DNA of 64,000 nucleotides from Caulobacteraceae bacterium (GTDB lineage Bacteria; Pseudomonadota; Alphaproteobacteria; Caulobacterales; Aquidulcibacteraceae): assembly GCA_016703335.1 (NCBI GenBank), contig JADJCG010000020.1:14981-78980 (forward strand). Direction: 5' to 3'. Both the position numbers and the translations under genes were made by a program. Position 1 is the stretch's first letter. Every line of letters starts with the position of its first letter. Below the pieces are notes generated by a model. The model saw only the letters and a list, made by a program, of their open reading frames with translations, was not told the DNA's origin and made no database searches. Positions 1-11,236 of the stretch are shown one piece after another.

Positions 1-247
1 GCGCCACAACTTCACTGACACGTTGCTCCACAAATGCGCTGCTTGATGTTTGGCGCTCATACGGTACGGCGGTCTCCCGGCAGCGCCGCATAGGCGACGA
101 CACAATTGCCAAGGGTCCCCGCCCAGCAAGCGCCACCGCTGCATCGGCCGCCTGGGCGCGCCCCGCTTCCGACAGGCCGGGGTCGTCCACAGCACCGCCC
201 CACGCCGCTTCCGGCTCACCATGTCGGATCAAGAACAAGCGCGTCAT
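1..247 (-). CDS. Histidine phosphatase family protein (5' part, runs off window)
   Basis: Manual translation MTRLFLIRHGEPEAAWGG...GLSEAGRAQA...IVSSPMRRCRETA has the RHG motif and SSPxxR..TA; absent from the ORF track because truncated. Confidence 0.85.
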   Translation of the reverse strand, partial: MTRLFLIRHGEPEAAWGGAVDDPGLSEAGRAQAADAAVALAGRGPLAIVSSPMRRCRETAVPYERQTSSSAFVEQRVSEVVA

Positions 248-417
248 TTCATCAACCTTATTGCGCCCCGCATGCCGCACCAGCCGTTTGATTGAGCATC
301 GGCGCCTCGAATGAGGCGCCCGCCACGCCCTCCCCAGCGGCGACAGCCGGTTAACTTCCAGACTCAAGTCCGGCGGTCCAAGAGGAGCGCGAAATCGCGC
401 CAGGCATATGTGGATAA

Positions 418-768
<351 letters not shown>

Positions 769-863
769 TCGCGCCAAGAGCAACTGATTCCTTTTAGGGA
801 CGCCGCCGGACCGAGACGCGCGCCGCCCAACCATATCAACAAAAAAGCTCGGGGGAGTTTCCG

Positions 864-2267
864 ATGTCAGAAGAAATTCTGAAGCTGATTAAGGACAAAG
901 AAGTCCAGTTCGTCGACCTTCGGTTCAACGACCTGCGCGGCAAGATGCAACACGTCACCTTCGACGTGTCGATGATCGACAAAGAGATCTTCACCGAAGG
1001 CACGATGTTCGACGGTTCGTCCATTGCCGGCTGGAAGGCGATCAACGAGTCCGACATGGTCATGCGCCCTGACCCCGCTGGCGCACACATCGATCCCTTC
1101 TATCAGCAGACGACGTTGGCGATGTTCTGCGACATCCTCGAGCCGGGCACGCTCCAGCCCTATTCTCGCTGCCCGCGCGGCATCGCCAAACGCGCCGAAG
1201 CGTATGTGAAATCGTCAGGCGCCGGCGACGTTGCTTACGTTGGCCCCGAGGCTGAGTTCTTCGTTTTCGATGACGTGCGCTGGTCAACCGATCCAAACAA
1301 CACGGGCTACTCATTCGACTCGACCGAACTCCCGTTCAACACGAACAAGCCGTACGAAGGCGGCAACCTCGGTCACCGTCCGGGTCCGAAGGGTGGCTAC
1401 TTCCCCGTCCCGCCGATCGATTCACTGCAAGATATGCGCGGTGAAATGCTCGAAATTATGGGCCAGCTCGGCATGCGCCCTGAGAAGCATCACCACGAAG
1501 TCGCACCCGCCCAGCACGAACTTGGTTTGAAGTTCAACACGCTGGTCACGATGGCGGACAACATGAACTTGTATAAGTACATCATCCACCAAGTGGCTGC
1601 GTCGTACGGCAAGTCCGCGACGTTCATGCCGAAGCCGTACTTCAAGGACAACGGTTCGGGCATGCACGTCCACATGTCCATCTGGAAGGGCAACAACAAC
1701 ACGTTCGCTGGTGATCGCTACGCCGATCTGAGTGAGAATTGCCTGTTCTTCATCGGCGGCGTCATCAAGCACGCGCGCGCCATCAACGCGTTCGCGAACT
1801 CGACGACAAACTCGTATAAACGCCTCGTGCCTGGTTACGAAGCGCCGGTTCTACTTGCCTATTCCGCACGCAACCGTTCAGCCTCGTGCCGCATTCCGCA
1901 CGGCACCGGCGCGAAGGCAAAGCGCGTTGAAGTCCGCTTTCCGGATCCGGCCGGCAACATGTACCTCACGTACACTGCGCTGCTCATGGCGGGCCTCGAC
2001 GGCATCGAGAAGAAGCTGCACCCAGGTGAGCCGCTCGATAAGAACCTCTATGACTTGCCACCGGAGGAGTTGAAGGACGTGCCTACCGTTGCGTCGTCAT
2101 TGCGCCAGGCGCTCAACGCGCTCGACGCCGATCGCGACTTCCTGCTGAAAGGCGGCGTCATGACCGACGATTTGATCGATGCCTACATTGAGCTCAAGAA
2201 GGAAGAACTCGATCGCTTCGAAACCCATCCGCACCCGGTGGAATTCGATATGTACTACAAGGCGTAA
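864..2267 (+). CDS. glnA: Glutamine synthetase type I
   Basis: FDGSSI, HHHEVA, MPKP...[22 protein letters not shown] adenylylation motif. Confidence 0.98.
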   Translation: MSEEILKLIKDKEVQFVDLRFNDLRGKMQHVTFDVSMIDKEIFTEGTMFDGSSIAGWKAINESDMVMRPDPAGAHIDPFYQQTTLAMFCDILEPGTLQPYSRCPRGIAKRAEAYVKSSGAGDVAYVGPEAEFFVFDDVRWSTDPNNTGYSFDSTELPFNTNKPYEGGNLGHRPGPKGGYFPVPPIDSLQDMRGEMLEIMGQLGMRPEKHHHEVAPAQHELGLKFNTLVTMADNMNLYKYIIHQVAASYGKSATFMPKPYFKDNGSGMHVHMSIWKGNNNTFAGDRYADLSENCLFFIGGVIKHARAINAFANSTTNSYKRLVPGYEAPVLLAYSARNRSASCRIPHGTGAKAKRVEVRFPDPAGNMYLTYTALLMAGLDGIEKKLHPGEPLDKNLYDLPPEELKDVPTVASSLRQALNALDADRDFLLKGGVMTDDLIDAYIELKKEELDRFETHPHPVEFDMYYKA

Positions 2268-2291
2268 CAGCCACTTCCTAGAAACGATCTG

Positions 2292-2321
2292 CGGGCCGGA
2301 GAGCAATCTCCGGCCCGTTTC
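2292..2321 (+). terminator. Putative intrinsic terminator after glnA
   Basis: Perfect hairpin CGGGCCGGAGA-GCAA-TCTCCGGCCCG followed by TTTC. Confidence 0.7.
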
Positions 2322-2371
2322 ATATGCGCCGTCTGCTTGGCGGCAAGCGCAACGCAGCGTAGAGCGCGATC

Positions 2372-2974
2372 ATGCACCGCCGCCTCTTCATCCTCGGCGC
2401 GACAGCCACGCTTGGCGCCTGCGTCACCAACGATCCCGTCGATGACCCGGGCGATGCGTGCGAGATTTTCGAGACGCAGGAAGGCTGGTGGCGTTCGGCG
2501 AAACGCGCTGAGCGCCGTTGGGGCGCGCCGCCTGCTCTGCAACTTGCGATCATGCGTCAAGAAAGCGGCTTCGATCACAACGCGCGCCCACCGCGTGGGC
2601 GCATCCTCTTCATCTTTCCAGGCCGCCGCGCCTCAAGCGCACACGGTTACGCACAGGCGTTGCGATCGACGTGGGAAGAGTACGAACGCGCGCGCGGAGA
2701 CGACGGCCTCGATCGTAACGAGTTCAGCGACGCGGCTGATTTCGTCTCTTGGTACACAAGCATTTCTCACGGTGAATTGGGCATCCCCTACTCGGACGCG
2801 CGCAGCCACTATCTAGCCTATCATGAGGGTCGCGGTGGTTATCGGCGCGGCTCGTACAACGGCAACAGCTCGCTTCTTGCAGCTGCAAGTCGTGTGCAAA
2901 GCTATAACGACACTTACGCCGCCCAACTCGACCGTTGTGACAGTCGCCTCAATCGAAGCTGGCTGCCATTCTAA
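2372..2974 (+). CDS. Transglycosylase SLT-domain lipoprotein
   Basis: Lipobox TLGAC, QESGF catalytic Glu motif, SSAHGYAQA, YLAYHEG. Confidence 0.8.
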   Translation: MHRRLFILGATATLGACVTNDPVDDPGDACEIFETQEGWWRSAKRAERRWGAPPALQLAIMRQESGFDHNARPPRGRILFIFPGRRASSAHGYAQALRSTWEEYERARGDDGLDRNEFSDAADFVSWYTSISHGELGIPYSDARSHYLAYHEGRGGYRRGSYNGNSSLLAAASRVQSYNDTYAAQLDRCDSRLNRSWLPF

Positions 2975-2981
2975 CCAAACG

Positions 2982-3013
2982 AAAAGGGCCGGAGATTTCT
3001 CTCCGACCCTTTT
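2982..3013. terminator. Bidirectional intrinsic terminator between convergent genes
   Basis: AAAAGGGCCGGAGA-tttc-TCTCCGACCCTTTT. Confidence 0.75.
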
Positions 3014-3034
3014 GCTTTGTACACGAGCTACAGC

Positions 3035-3394
3035 TCAACGGCGGTTGCGTCGCGCTTGAGCCGCTTCAATCTGCGCTTGGAAGGCAGCTGCGCGCGCTTG
3101 ATTGTCCGCAAGCGCTGCGTCGTATTCGGCGCGACGGGCGCGCGTCTGCGCGTTGAGCGCATTCACTTCTGCCGCGCGGCATTGCATCGTCGTCTCTGCT
3201 TGCGCGCGCCAAGTTTCATATCTCGCTACGGCCGCTTGCATGTCCTGCTGGCTGGCGGTCGCCGTCCAGGCCGCAGGCGCCTGAACGATTGCCGGACACG
3301 TGGACGGCGGAACCGTTGGCGCTGGCGTATCCTGTGCGAATGCTGCGCCCGCGCCCAAAGCGGTCAAAATTACGAAAGTGGCGAAAAGTTTCAT
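3035..3394 (-). CDS. Secreted hypothetical helical/coiled-coil protein
   Basis: Signal peptide MKLFATFVILTALGAGAAFA, two Cys, Ala/Gln-rich. Confidence 0.7.
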   Translation of the reverse strand: MKLFATFVILTALGAGAAFAQDTPAPTVPPSTCPAIVQAPAAWTATASQQDMQAAVARYETWRAQAETTMQCRAAEVNALNAQTRARRAEYDAALADNQARAAAFQAQIEAAQARRNRR

Positions 3395-3502
3395 GGTGCC
3401 GGCTCCAACGTCCCTGACCCGCAACCTACGGACCTCACCCCGCGCAAAGCAAGCGGGCCAGAGCATAAGCCCCGGCCCGCCATGCTTCACATTCCGCTGA
3501 GC

Positions 3503-3982
3503 TTAGAAGTTGAACGAGGCGCCGAGCGAGATCGCGTCGGTATCAAGATCGCCTTCCATGCGGGTGTAGTCGGCGCGGATGCCGATGCTGCTCGTGGCGT
3601 TCCAGCCGACGCCAACGCCGTAGGCCAAGCCGTCGTCGTCCACGTCGCCGAGCGGCGTGTCGACTTCCACGGTCTGATATCCAACCCGGCCGTGCGCTTC
3701 GAAGCCAGATGAGCCAATCGGCAAAATGCCGACGGCATACGCGCCAACTGCGTGATTGAGTTCCACGCCCTGGTCGTCATCGACGCCAACCGTGCCTTCG
3801 CCTTCAATAGCGAAGTTCGGGTTCATTCGATAGCCGAGCCGGCCCGTCGCGCCGCCAAGATCCGCGTCTTCGACGCTATATTGAGAGTACGCCGCGCCCG
3901 CGTACCATTCCGCGTGCGCAACAGCTGGAACGGTCATCAGTGCTGCCGCCGCTACTGCGGCCATGATTGTGAACTTCTTCAT
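3503..3982 (-). CDS. Outer-membrane beta-barrel (OmpA-like transmembrane/porin family) protein
   Basis: Signal peptide, alternating aromatic beta strands, C-terminal Phe. Confidence 0.85.
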   Translation of the reverse strand: MKKFTIMAAVAAAALMTVPAVAHAEWYAGAAYSQYSVEDADLGGATGRLGYRMNPNFAIEGEGTVGVDDDQGVELNHAVGAYAVGILPIGSSGFEAHGRVGYQTVEVDTPLGDVDDDGLAYGVGVGWNATSSIGIRADYTRMEGDLDTDAISLGASFNF

Positions 3983-4232
3983 GCTTGCTGCTCCTCGTCC
4001 TGAGCGGCCCCCGCATGCCGTTGACGTGCGACCCAACCGCTTAGACGTGACGAGGTTTCGTCAGTTGCTGCCATTTGCATGCCCAGCGGCTGCCCGGCGC
4101 CCCAGGTCGTGTCCGTGGAGACACTTAATTCCCCTACAACGGGTCGTTTACTCCCCGGATACCGAAGCCTGTTCGGTTCCTAAGCAGGTCAAAGCATTGC
4201 TGCAGGCGCGCGAAGCGCCTTAAGGATCGTCC

Positions 4233-6271
4233 ATGGCGCAAGCGCAGAAGAAATCTTCGATGCCCAAAGACGGCGATGAAAAACTCTGGGACGGCAATCT
4301 GTTCGGTGAGAGCGATCCGCCGCCGGCTGCCGCCAAGGATGGCTACACCGCAAAGGACATCGAAGTCCTCGAAGGACTCGAACCGGTTCGCAAACGTCCG
4401 GGTATGTACATTGGCGGCGTCGACGAACGTGCGCTGCATCACCTCTTCGCAGAAGTGCTCGACAACTCGATGGACGAAGCGGTCGCGGGCTTCGCTGATC
4501 GCATCGAAGTGGAACTCGAGGTCGACGGCACTCTGCGCGTCACGGATAACGGTCGCGGCATGCCGGTCGACCCGCACCCGAAGTTCCCGAAGAAGTCCGC
4601 GCTCGAAATCATTATGACGGTTCTGCACGCGGGCGGAAAATTTTCGGGCAAAGTTTATCACACGTCCGGCGGTCTGCACGGCGTCGGCGTTTCAGTCGTC
4701 AACGCACTTTCAGACAAAGTAGAAGTAGAAGTTGCGCGCGATCGCAAACTCTATCGCCAGACATTCTCGCGCGGCACGCCGACATCAAAGCTGGTTGAAG
4801 TTGGACCGGCACACAATCGCCGCGGCACGACCGTGCGCTTCCACCCCGACGCGGAAATCTTTGGCAAAGGCGCCGCATTCAAACCGGCGCGTCTTTTCCA
4901 GATGGCGCGATCGAAAGCGTACCTGCAGCGCGGCACGCAGATCCGTTGGAAGTGCGCGCCTGAGCTGATCAAAGACGACACGCCGGCGGAAGCGATCCTT
5001 CACTTCCCGAACGGCTTGGCTGACTTCCTCAGTGAACTCACCAAATCAAAGCGCGCTGTCGTCAACGAACCCTTCTCCGGCAAGACGGACAAGGATAGCC
5101 CGCATGGCCGCGTCGAATGGGCAATCACTTGGGTGAGCGATGGCTTCGGCGAAGCTGACGGCTTCCTCCGTTCTTATTGCAACACTGTCTACACGCCAGA
5201 CGGCGGCTTCCACGAAGCAGGCTTCCGCGCCGCGATCGCCAAGGGCCTGCGCGCCTACGCTGAACTCCGCAACAACAAGAAGGCCACCGCCATCACGCAG
5301 GAAGACGTGATGAATACGGGCGCAGGCCTCGTCTCCGTCTTCATTCGCGATCCGCAGTTCGAGGGCCAAACGAAGGGCCGGCTCGTTTCAACCGAAGCCG
5401 CGAAAATCGTCGAGAACGCGGTGCGCGATCCGTTCGATCACTGGCTTGCCGCGAATACGCAAGAAGCCAATCGCTTGCTCGAATGGTGCATTCAGCAAGC
5501 CGAAGATCGCATGCGCCGGCGCAAGGAGAAGGAAGTCTCCCGCCAAAGCGCGACGCGCAAGCTCCGCCTACCCGGCAAACTCGCCGATTGCTCGCGCGCC
5601 GGTGACAAAGACACTGAGATTTTCCTGGTCGAAGGTGACTCGGCCGGAGGCTCCGCAAGCAAGCGCGCAGCCGTGAGACGCAAGCCATCCTGCCGCTGCG
5701 CGGCAAAATCCTGAACGTCGCGAGCGCCGGCGCTGAAAAGATGAGCGGCAACCAAGAACTTGCCGATCTCGCCCTCGCACTCGGTGTGCAGATGGGTGCG
5801 AAGTTCAAGCTCGATGATCTGCGCTACGAGCGCGTGATCATCATGACCGACGCCGACGTCGACGGCGCCCACATCGCCTCGCTGCTGATCACCTACTTCC
5901 ACAAGCAGATGCCGGCGCTCATCCGCGCGGGGCGTCTGTATCTGGCGATGCCGCCGCTCTATCGCATCACCGCCGGCAAAGAGAGCATCTACGCCCGCGA
6001 CGACGCCCACAAAGAAGCGCTGCTCAACGGTGAATTCAAAGGCCGCAAGACCGACATCTCGCGCTTCAAAGGCTTGGGCGAAATGATGCCCGCGGACTTG
6101 AAGGACACTACGATGAACCCGGCGACACGCACGCTCGCGCGCGTCGTGCTGGACGATAGCGGCGCGCCGGATTTCGAGGTGCTGATCGAAACGCTAATGG
6201 GCAAAAAGGCTGAGAAGCGCTTCGACTACATCCAGGCGAACGCGAAGTTCGTTGAGGATGTGGACGTCTAA
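4233..6271 (+). CDS. parE: DNA topoisomerase IV subunit B (frameshifted near 5660-5690)
   Basis: LEGLEPVRKRPGMYIGG, EVLDNSMDE, LVEGDSAGGSA; the second ORF carries IMTDADVDG and RFKGLGEM. Confidence 0.93.
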
Positions 6272-6274
6272 TCG

Positions 6275-6481
6275 TCAGAGCTTGCTCAGGTTCACCGCGA
6301 ACGATCGCTTCAGAGCGAGATCCGTCTTCACATCGAAGCTTATTCGCTCCCCGCTGGCCACGCGAGCGAGGCCAGCGTTTTCTAGCTCATTGGCGTAGAA
6401 CATTACGTCAGGTCGGCCGTCGTCGCGCGAGATGATGCCGGAGCCGCGACGCGGATCGTATGACTTGATAGCGCCCTTCAA
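6275..6481 (-). CDS. Cold-shock domain protein (degenerate RNP motifs)
   Basis: 68 aa, KGAIKSYD..RGSGII..DDG.PDVMFY...L..GERISFDV...AVNL. Confidence 0.75.
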   Translation of the reverse strand: MKGAIKSYDPRRGSGIISRDDGRPDVMFYANELENAGLARVASGERISFDVKTDLALKRSFAVNLSKL

Positions 6482-6909
6482 GAGAGGGCCGCTGCGACGG
6501 TGCGCGGCGACAACAGAGCGTTGATGCCGTGGACCACGCCATTCCGCGCCATCAAATCAGGCTTGATCACGCTTGCGTCGTTCACACGCAAATCGGCGCG
6601 ACCATCGATAATGACATCGCCGCCCGCCTGCATCACGCCGCGGATGCGCTTGCCGATCAACCGTGTTGTCGCAACTTTGCCGGCTGCAATATGATAGCCG
6701 AGCACAAGCCGTAGCCGGTCTCGATCTTGATAGAGGAGCGTGTCGAGTGCTCCATCCGACAACGCGCTAAAGGCGACATCCGAAGGCGCGAACACAGTAA
6801 AAGGCCCACCGCCCTCCAGCAGATTGAAATAGTCGCTGGAGCGCAGCGCCGCCGCGAAGATGTGAAAGCCGGCTCGATCGGCCACGCTGACAACAGACAA
6901 TGCACTCAT
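6478..6909 (-). CDS. Fasciclin (FAS1) domain protein
   Basis: GPFTVFAPSDVAF, LGYHI, NGVVHGINALL; RBS AAGGAG. Confidence 0.9.
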   Translation of the reverse strand: MSALSVVSVADRAGFHIFAAALRSSDYFNLLEGGGPFTVFAPSDVAFSALSDGALDTLLYQDRDRLRLVLGYHIAAGKVATTRLIGKRIRGVMQAGGDVIIDGRADLRVNDASVIKPDLMARNGVVHGINALLSPRTVAAALS

Positions 6910-6966
6910 GTTCTCTCGCTCCTTGGCGCATCGCACCAATGTGAGGCGCCATGGGCGCTCCAGTTG

Positions 6967-7161
6967 TTATTGCGTCCCGTAGGCGTCTCGCGCCTTTACA
7001 TAGAGATCGTAGAGTTCGCGCAGCCGCGTCCCTGGCTCGCCCGTCGCGCGCCCATGAAATCGCGCCATGCCGGCATCGCGTTCACCGAAGACCGTTCGCA
7101 CTTCCGCCATCCAAGCTTTGTCGGCGGCAGTGGAACCCTGCAGCAATCTGAGCTTGTTCAC
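6967..7161 (-). CDS. Small hypothetical protein
   Basis: 64 aa, 4-bp overlap with the upstream ORF. Confidence 0.6.
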   Translation of the reverse strand: MNKLRLLQGSTAADKAWMAEVRTVFGERDAGMARFHGRATGEPGTRLRELYDLYVKARDAYGTQ

Positions 7162-7367
7162 CCGATCGCCTGCAATCTCTTGATCTCATCGCGCAGCTGG
7201 CGCTCGTCGAAGATGTTGCCAGTGACTGTGTCGCGAATTCGGATGAGGCGCATGCCGCGCCGCTCCAATCCCGCTGCCCATCCGAGCGCCGCCTTTGCAT
7301 CAGGAAGAGTGGCGCTAGGCTCAAAACGCAAACCCGCGCCCGGCGACGAATTCACAATGAATGCCAT
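7158..7367 (-). CDS. Small hypothetical protein
   Basis: 69 aa, RBS AAGGAGAAGG. Confidence 0.65.
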   Translation of the reverse strand: MAFIVNSSPGAGLRFEPSATLPDAKAALGWAAGLERRGMRLIRIRDTVTGNIFDERQLRDEIKRLQAIG

Positions 7368-7379
7368 CCGCCTTCTCCT

Positions 7380-7586
7380 TCAAACGCTTGGTGACGTCGT
7401 CGAATTGGCGAAATCGAACTCAGATGAACCGGGTACGTGCTCGCCGTACTTGATCGTGTAGGCGGGTCCAAGCGCCAAAGCCAAACTCTCAGCTTCAACG
7501 CTGGACGAAAACACACCCGCCAAGTGCCACGGCTTCAGACGCAATACGCCCCATCCGCTTTTCAACATTTCGCCTGGGATCGGCAT
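7380..7586 (-). CDS. Small hypothetical protein
   Basis: 68 aa from MPIPGEMLKSGWG; RBS AGGA; first gene of a small-ORF run. Confidence 0.55.
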   Translation of the reverse strand: MPIPGEMLKSGWGVLRLKPWHLAGVFSSSVEAESLALALGPAYTIKYGEHVPGSSEFDFANSTTSPSV

Positions 7587-7819
7587 GTTGGGTCCTAACG
7601 CTAATAAACGCGCACGCGATCGCGCCCTCCCGTCGCGGGAGGCGCAAGCTGTGGTTCTTGTTGCTGATGACGCGAACCTAGCATGGTTCGCCCGAGATTG
7701 TCGGATATTCTGCATCAACACCCAGAACCAAGGTTCTGCATGATTTCCATTTGAATCAAGCAATCGCAGGCGACGACGCTCATAAGAGCTGACCGAGTTC
7801 GATTCGGTGGGAGCCGCAC

Positions 7820-8008
7820 ATGGCTAAGTTTGTGAAGTTCATTTCCGCCGCCGATCCGCGCCTCGAGGTCCACATCAATCCGGATGAGGTTGCCGCTGTC
7901 CGAGACAGCCACGGCAAGACCATCATTCTCTTCCGCGCAGTCGCCTCAACCGAGACAGTCGTCGGCTCAGTAGCGACGGTTGTCGCCGCTCTTGAGGCCG
8001 CCACCTAG
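7820..8008 (+). CDS. Small hypothetical protein (weak resemblance to FlbD-like small beta proteins)
   Basis: 62 aa, VHINPDEV..V...TII pattern; RBS GGGAG. Confidence 0.55.
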   Translation: MAKFVKFISAADPRLEVHINPDEVAAVRDSHGKTIILFRAVASTETVVGSVATVVAALEAAT

Positions 8009-8217
8009 GCCCGTGCAGGGCTCCCAGAAGCGACATTCATTGACTTTCGCTCAAAATCCCCTCATTTCCGCGCTGTCCGTTGTGCGCGCCCTGGGGCGTG
8101 CTCGCTCCTGCTGGACGCCCGCTCACCTCAATCCGGAGACGCGAGGCGTGTAGCGCCAACCAAGCGGCCCGCCCGTTTCGCGCCTCGCGCGAACAAGCGG
8201 CCTCCAAGTGAGATTGA

Positions 8218-9744
8218 ATGTCCTCTGAAAATTCCGCGCCCGAGAGCGCACCTGAAACGCAACCGCAAATCACCTTCGACGATCTCGGCCTCTCCGAAGC
8301 GACGCTCCGCGCCGTGAAGGAAAGCGGCTACAACACGCCCACTCCGATCCAAGCCGCCGCCATCCCGGAGGTGCTGAAAGGCCGAGATATCCTCGGCATC
8401 GCCCAAACCGGCACCGGCAAGACCGCCGCCTTCACGCTGCCGATGATCGACATCCTCGCCGCCGGCCGCGCTCGTGCGCGCATGCCGCGCACCCTGATCC
8501 TCGAGCCAACGCGCGAGCTCGCCGCGCAAGTCGCTGAAGGCTTCGACAAATACGGCAAGTATCAAAAGCTCACCAAAGCCTTGCTCATCGGGGGCGTGTC
8601 ATTTGGCGATCAAGACGCGCTGCTCGCACGTGGCGTCGACGTGCTCATCGCAACGCCAGGCCGCCTGCTCGATCACTTTGAACGCGGCAAGTTACTGCTC
8701 ACTGGCGTGCAAGTCATGGTCGTCGACGAAGCTGACCGCATGCTCGACATGGGCTTCATCCCCGACATCGAACGCATCTTCAAACTCACGCCGTTCACAC
8801 GCCAAACACTGTTTTTCTCCGCGACGATGCCGCCGGAGATCACCCGTCTCACCGAAGCGTTCCTCTCCAGTCCCAAACGCATCGAAGCAACGCGCCCGGC
8901 CACCACCGCCAGCACGATCACGCAACGCGTCATCATGCTACCCGGCGGCGATCCACGTACGCGCCGCGCCGCTTTGCGTGCGGCGATGACAAGCGAGAAC
9001 GTCCGTAACGGCATCATCTTCTGCAACCGTAAGACCGACGTCGACGTCGTTGCCCTTTCCCTCAAGCGCCACGGCTTCAACGCCTCGCCAATCCACGGCG
9101 ATCTTGATCAATCGCTGCGCACCAAGACGCTCGACCGTTTCCGCTCAGGCGATCTGCAATTCCTCATAGCGTCCGATGTCGCCGCCCGCGGCCTCGACGT
9201 TCCGGACGTCTCTCACGTCTTCAATTACGAGCCGCCGCGCAGCCCCGACGATTACGTCCACCGCATCGGCCGCACCGGCCGCGCCGGCAAACAAGGCGCC
9301 TCGTTCACCTTGGTTGGTCCCGCCGACAAAAAGAGCTTGGACCAAATCGAAAAGCTCACAGGCAAGCCCATCGAGATCGCCACGATCGAGGGCGTGCCCG
9401 AAGCAGCACTCGGCGATCCGCGCGACAGCGGCGGCCGTGGCCGACGCGCCCAGGAGCTGAAGCAGGAACATTCCAAGCGCATCGGCGAGAAGAAGCAGCG
9501 CTTCGTGAAGCGAGACGAAGATCGCCCCACCGCTTCAACTGAACCTGTCGAGCGCACTGAGGTAAAGTCCGAGCCGCGCCCGGAAAAACATGAAGATCGG
9601 CCGCGCCGCGACGACGCGCCGCGACGTGAACAACGTAGCGAACCGCCGCGTCGCGAAGAACGCCGCCCCCCACGCGACGAAAACGGCCCGTCCGTCACCG
9701 GTTTCGGCGACAGCACGCCGGCGTTTCTCCGGCCGAAGAAGTAA
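8218..9744 (+). CDS. DEAD-box RNA helicase (RhlE-like)
   Basis: Q motif, AQTGTGKT, PTRELA, DEAD, SAT, HRIGRTGR; charged disordered C-terminal tail. Confidence 0.95.
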   Translation: MSSENSAPESAPETQPQITFDDLGLSEATLRAVKESGYNTPTPIQAAAIPEVLKGRDILGIAQTGTGKTAAFTLPMIDILAAGRARARMPRTLILEPTRELAAQVAEGFDKYGKYQKLTKALLIGGVSFGDQDALLARGVDVLIATPGRLLDHFERGKLLLTGVQVMVVDEADRMLDMGFIPDIERIFKLTPFTRQTLFFSATMPPEITRLTEAFLSSPKRIEATRPATTASTITQRVIMLPGGDPRTRRAALRAAMTSENVRNGIIFCNRKTDVDVVALSLKRHGFNASPIHGDLDQSLRTKTLDRFRSGDLQFLIASDVAARGLDVPDVSHVFNYEPPRSPDDYVHRIGRTGRAGKQGASFTLVGPADKKSLDQIEKLTGKPIEIATIEGVPEAALGDPRDSGGRGRRAQELKQEHSKRIGEKKQRFVKRDEDRPTASTEPVERTEVKSEPRPEKHEDRPRRDDAPRREQRSEPPRREERRPPRDENGPSVTGFGDSTPAFLRPKK

Positions 9745-9747
9745 CGC

Positions 9748-11086
9748 TCACGGTTTCAGCCGCGCCGCCATCTGCTTGCGGAAGGCTGCGCCATAGGGCG
9801 GCCGCAACATTGCGAGCAGCTCAGCCGAAATCTGGCGATAGATCGCCTTCTCGTGGCTGAACTCCACAAAGCCGCGATGGCCGTGGTAGGCGCCCATGCC
9901 TGACGGACCGACGCCGCCGAACGGCAGATCGTCCATGGCAAAGTGGAAGATCACATCGTTGATCGTCACGCCGCCCGAGTGTGTGCGCTCCAGCAGCGCT
10001 TCGCTCTCGGCGTTGTCTTCGCCAAAATAGTAAAGCGCCAATGGACGTGGCCGCGCATTAATCTCGGCGATCGCAGCGTCGACCGATGGCACAGTCCGCA
10101 CTGGCAGCACCGGTCCGAAAATCTCTTCCTGCATCACCTGCATATCGTCGGTGGCATTCAAGATGATAGTCGGCGGGATTTTGCGATGCTCTTGCTGGCT
10201 GAAGTCTTCGTTCGCGGGATTGATGGTGACGATCTCACCGCCCTTGGCCTTCGCGTCAGCGATCAAACCGGTAATGCGATCATAATGACGTTGATTGATC
10301 ATCGCCGTGTAGTCGGCGTTGTCTTTGATCGTCGGATACATCTTGGCGACTGCCGCCTTCGACGCTTCCACGAATGCGGGAGATTACGACGGGCGACTTG
10401 CCGCCGAGCTCCAACGTCACCGGCACCAGATTGTCAGCGGCGGCGCGCATCACATGGCGTCCGACCGTTGTTGCACCTGTAAAGATCAAATGATCGAACG
10501 CCAGGCTGGAGAACGCAGCGCCGACCTCCGGGCCCCCGTTGATCACCGCAAGCTCGTCTTCGTCGAAGTAAAGATCGATGATCTGGGCCAGCAGGGCCGA
10601 CGTTGCCGGTGTGTGCTCGGACAATTTCACCATCACGCGGTTGCCCGCCGCGAACGCGCCGGCAATGGCGTCGAACGTCAACGACACAGGAAAATTCCAA
10701 GGCGAGATGACGCCCACAACGCCCTTTGGTTGGAATCGGACCTCAGCGCGCGCGCCGAAAAGCCCGAGCGCCGACGGCGTCACGTTGCGTTTCTGCGGCG
10801 CCATCCATTTTTCTACATTCGCGCGCGCATGCTTGAGCGGTCCGATCGCTCCCGAAATGTCCGTGAACAGCGACATATCTCGCGAGCGAGCGCCGAAGTC
10901 TTCGTCTAGGGCGGCCAGGAGCTCATCCTTATGCGCCAACACCAAATTGATGGCGCGTGTCAGCCTATCCTTGCGCAGTCTTGCGTCCGGCGCGCCCTTG
11001 CTAGTCTGCAGACGCTTCTGCAGCTCCAAGATCGCACTCATTCGCGCTTTCGTCTCTTCGATGGACGGTTGGACTGGCCGGTTCAT
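9748..11086 (-). pseudogene. Coniferyl-aldehyde dehydrogenase-like ALDH with internal deletion and frameshift
   Basis: PWNFP, FTGAT, LELGGKSP, EEIFGPVLP, PFGGVGPSGMG present; catalytic-Cys segment missing at ~10376. Pseudogene versus assembly error unresolved. Confidence 0.7.
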
Positions 11087-11236
11087 TTCGCGCCTCCCAA
11101 GGCTTTCGCTTATGTCTACCGCTTACCCTCCAGGTAAGCGCAACTACTCATTTTTTCCGGATTATTTGTAGCATTTACCACTCGTCCATACCCTGCCCCC
11201 TACCGTCCCTGAGATTGCAGATTCTGCGGGTAGCGC

